Of a DNA stretch of 64,000 bases, positions 62,020-64,000 are shown one piece after another. The position numbers were made by a program, and so were the translations under genes. The DNA lies in contig JAVZLQ010000004.1 in NCBI GenBank assembly GCA_038883655.1, positions 1 to 64,000 of the forward strand. The letters run 5' to 3'. Every line of letters begins with the position of its first letter. Position 1 is the stretch's first letter. Below the pieces are notes generated by a model that was not told the DNA's origin, did no database searches, and saw only the letters and a list, made by a program, of their open reading frames with translations. Source of the DNA: Candidatus Bathyarchaeia archaeon. GTDB lineage: Archaea; Thermoproteota; Bathyarchaeia; Bathyarchaeales; Bathycorpusculaceae.

Positions 62020-63105
62020 CTATGCTTTCTTCTTCGCAGCCAATGGAATAGACCGTACATGCTTTACCACGCGGACAATATCTTCAACCTCTTTTTTAGG
62101 CTGTTCCAAGGCTCTGTTTATGGCTATGTCAGCAATAGTCGCTCCCTTATCCGCGATTTTGGTTAGGCATGAAATGTAAGCCCTCAAGTATGGAATTTCT
62201 GGGGCTTCGCGCATCAGCCTTTCAGCTTCTCCTTCAAGAACTTCCTTCATTTCTAGTACGCCGTTAGCCACGCGAAGGTCTCTAGTGAAAATGCAGTCCA
62301 ATGCCTTCTGGAATATTGTTTGGGCTAACTCGCCCATGTGGAAAATCCTCTGTACAACATCTGCTGGGATTCTGTTGCGGTAAACTTTAAGCTCAACGAT
62401 TTTTTTGGCTATGTCTTCAGAATAGTCCGCAATTAACTCCAAATACTGAAGTATCAACCGCGTGGCTGGTATGAAGAGCACGTCAGTCGAACCTATTTGC
62501 TCAGCAATTTCAGGTTTAGCCTGCGCAGAGAGTAACAAGCGGACAGCAAGATAATAAATGGTGTCAGCTTCATCCTCGCGGCTCACAGCCTCCATAGCCA
62601 AATCTTCGTTATTTTCTTGGAATGCCTGCATCGCCTCCGAAAGTATTGTTGACGCAATTAGTGCTAGGCGTCTAACGAGCATGTCGAGTTTGAATTTCGA
62701 TGGGTCTACTGAACACTGCAATAGTATGTTTTTTGGCGTTTCTTCGAGTATTCCGAGACCGATTAGTTTTGGAACTATCCGCCTAATTTCGTCGACGTGT
62801 TCCTTGCTTATTCTTGTTGATGACACGACCCTCAAAACGTCTCTTCCAAGAATGTAGCTTCCAACGATTATCCTTTCGAGCATGCCTTTCTCGTCGCAAG
62901 CATCTGCGTTGATGATGTATTCTTCTGCTTCCTCTTTTAGGGCGAAGTGGCTTGGCATAATCTTTAATGTGCCATCTCTTTCTTGCATTAGGAAAACTAG
63001 GTCTCCAGGGTTTATGTTGTTCTGTTTTGTCCATTCGCTTGGAAGCGAAACAGTCAGTGTTGAATAACCAACTTTTTGAACTTTTCTACTTTCCAAAAGC
63101 TTCAC
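62020..63105 (-). CDS. AbrB-PhoU family regulator (phosphate uptake regulator-like)
   Basis: RKVQKVGYSTLTVSLPSEW (AbrB/SpoVT), then PhoU repeats (REDEADTIY, LELIADYSEDI). Confidence 0.9.
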   Translation of the reverse strand: MKLLESRKVQKVGYSTLTVSLPSEWTKQNNINPGDLVFLMQERDGTLKIMPSHFALKEEAEEYIINADACDEKGMLERIIVGSYILGRDVLRVVSSTRISKEHVDEIRRIVPKLIGLGILEETPKNILLQCSVDPSKFKLDMLVRRLALIASTILSEAMQAFQENNEDLAMEAVSREDEADTIYYLAVRLLLSAQAKPEIAEQIGSTDVLFIPATRLILQYLELIADYSEDIAKKIVELKVYRNRIPADVVQRIFHMGELAQTIFQKALDCIFTRDLRVANGVLEMKEVLEGEAERLMREAPEIPYLRAYISCLTKIADKGATIADIAINRALEQPKKEVEDIVRVVKHVRSIPLAAKKKA

Positions 63106-63111
63106 CGTCTA

Positions 63112-63465
63112 TATGGTATTTACTATGCACATCAATTTAACGCATAGCCAATATTTTTCCGTTTCTATCATAACAAGACTTAATTAGAATTCCGCAGTTC
63201 TATTTGAATAAAGGAGAGATTTTAATTTGGAGAAACCTATTAGAAGTTTGGTGAAGGCGATTTCTTGGAGAATTGTGGCAACTTTGACGACAATCATTTT
63301 AGTTGTGATATTCAGTAAGGGCGATTGGAGTTTAGGCGGAATTGTTGGTATTTCTGAACTAATTTTGAAAACTGTTGTTTACTACTTTCATGAGCGTGTT
63401 TGGAACTTGTTGAGTTTTGGCAGGGAGTCGAAGCATTAGCTCTTTTTATGTATGGTATTTACTAT
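63112..63465. promoter_or_regulatory. Two identical 15-bp near-palindromic sites TATGGTATTTACTAT (63112-63126, 63451-63465)
   Basis: Exact direct repeat; ATGGTA-TT-TACTAT is a one-mismatch dyad; both copies are intergenic. Confidence 0.6.
63227..63439 (+). CDS. DUF2061-family small membrane protein
   Basis: RSLVKAISWR...KTVVYYFHERVW signature. Confidence 0.85.
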   Translation: MEKPIRSLVKAISWRIVATLTTIILVVIFSKGDWSLGGIVGISELILKTVVYYFHERVWNLLSFGRESKH

Positions 63466-63543
63466 TCGTTAAAATATATGCATCAAGTATATATTTTGCA
63501 TTTATGTTATATATGCTTCAGATGTAAAGGAGGGTGATGGAAA

Positions 63544-64000
63544 ATGTCTGAATGGAAAACCGTAAGTATAAGACAAGAACTAATAAAACAGATTGAAGAA
63601 GCAATCAAAACAGGGCGCTACAGAAGCATATCAGAATTCGTCTCAGAAGCCATCCGCCTACGCCTCGAAGACCTAATGCGCGCAGAAGGCATACCAGCAG
63701 AAAAACGCAAGGAATTGCTCCTAACACCTGAACTTCTCCTATACACGCCAAAGCACACGTGGGCACAAGTAACACCTGAAGGGAACATTCGCGTGGGTGT
63801 TTCAGACTACGCCCAGAGGCACTTGAAGGGTATAGCAAACATAATGACCGAACCAGTTGGAAAAGAAATAAGCCACATGGAGCCTTTCGGCGTTGCTGAA
63901 ACATGGATGTTCATGTTCGACCTTTACGCGCCAGTAAGCGGCAAAATAGTTAAAGTGAATGAGAAGCTAAAGAACGAGCCAAACCTTGTTAACGAAGACC
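63544..64000 (+). CDS. Ribbon-helix-helix domain fused to a GcvH-like domain lacking the lipoyl lysine (3' truncated)
   Basis: Manual translation MSEWKTVSIRQELIKQIEEAIKTGRYRSISEFVSEAIRLRL...YTPKHTWA...IRVGVSDYAQ...FGVAETWMFMFDLYAPVSGKIVKVNEKLKNEPNLVNED. Confidence 0.85.
   Translation, partial: MSEWKTVSIRQELIKQIEEAIKTGRYRSISEFVSEAIRLRLEDLMRAEGIPAEKRKELLLTPELLLYTPKHTWAQVTPEGNIRVGVSDYAQRHLKGIANIMTEPVGKEISHMEPFGVAETWMFMFDLYAPVSGKIVKVNEKLKNEPNLVNED

Noticed and set aside
63605-63904. 99-aa minus-strand ORF
   Set aside because: It is antisense to the RHH-GcvH gene, which has clear motifs.

Overview
Archaeal chromosomal window; gene content and protein style suggest Bathyarchaeia or a related TACK lineage (inference, no 16S in the window). 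From left to right it holds: (1) the end of an integrated element (tyrosine integrase abutting tRNA-Cys); (2) a MoeB/ThiF gene and DNA ligase; (3) a threonine-synthase-like/wHTH fusion followed by a perfect 22-bp palindrome, an ECF S-component and an AIR-synthase-family gene; (4) a glycosyltransferase/methyltransferase/radical-SAM cluster; (5) the uL22-to-cmk ribosomal protein/secY operon, with an inserted Hsp20-like gene; (6) a frameshifted EamA transporter; (7) hypE and hypFCD; (8) a roughly 30 kb redox region with a complete beta-oxidation operon, ETF, two HdrA-MvhD fusions, HdrD-like, TrxR, a (ferredoxin-MvhD)x2 protein, NfnAB, an ADP-forming acyl-CoA synthetase-GNAT fusion, MvhGA hydrogenase and HdrCB; (9) a PhoU-type regulator and a truncated RHH-GcvH fusion. 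The most striking observations are three. The two HdrA-MvhD paralogs have lost complementary Fe-S ligand sets, suggesting an asymmetric heterodimer coupling ETF to hydrogenase. Two regulators appear built from disarmed enzyme/carrier folds: ThrC lacking the PLP lysine plus wHTH, and GcvH lacking the lipoyl lysine plus RHH, each near a dyad site. A divergent gene pair shares a C-terminal zinc ribbon with a 37-bp perfect inverted repeat. All assignments come from motif recognition by eye; no database searches were run.
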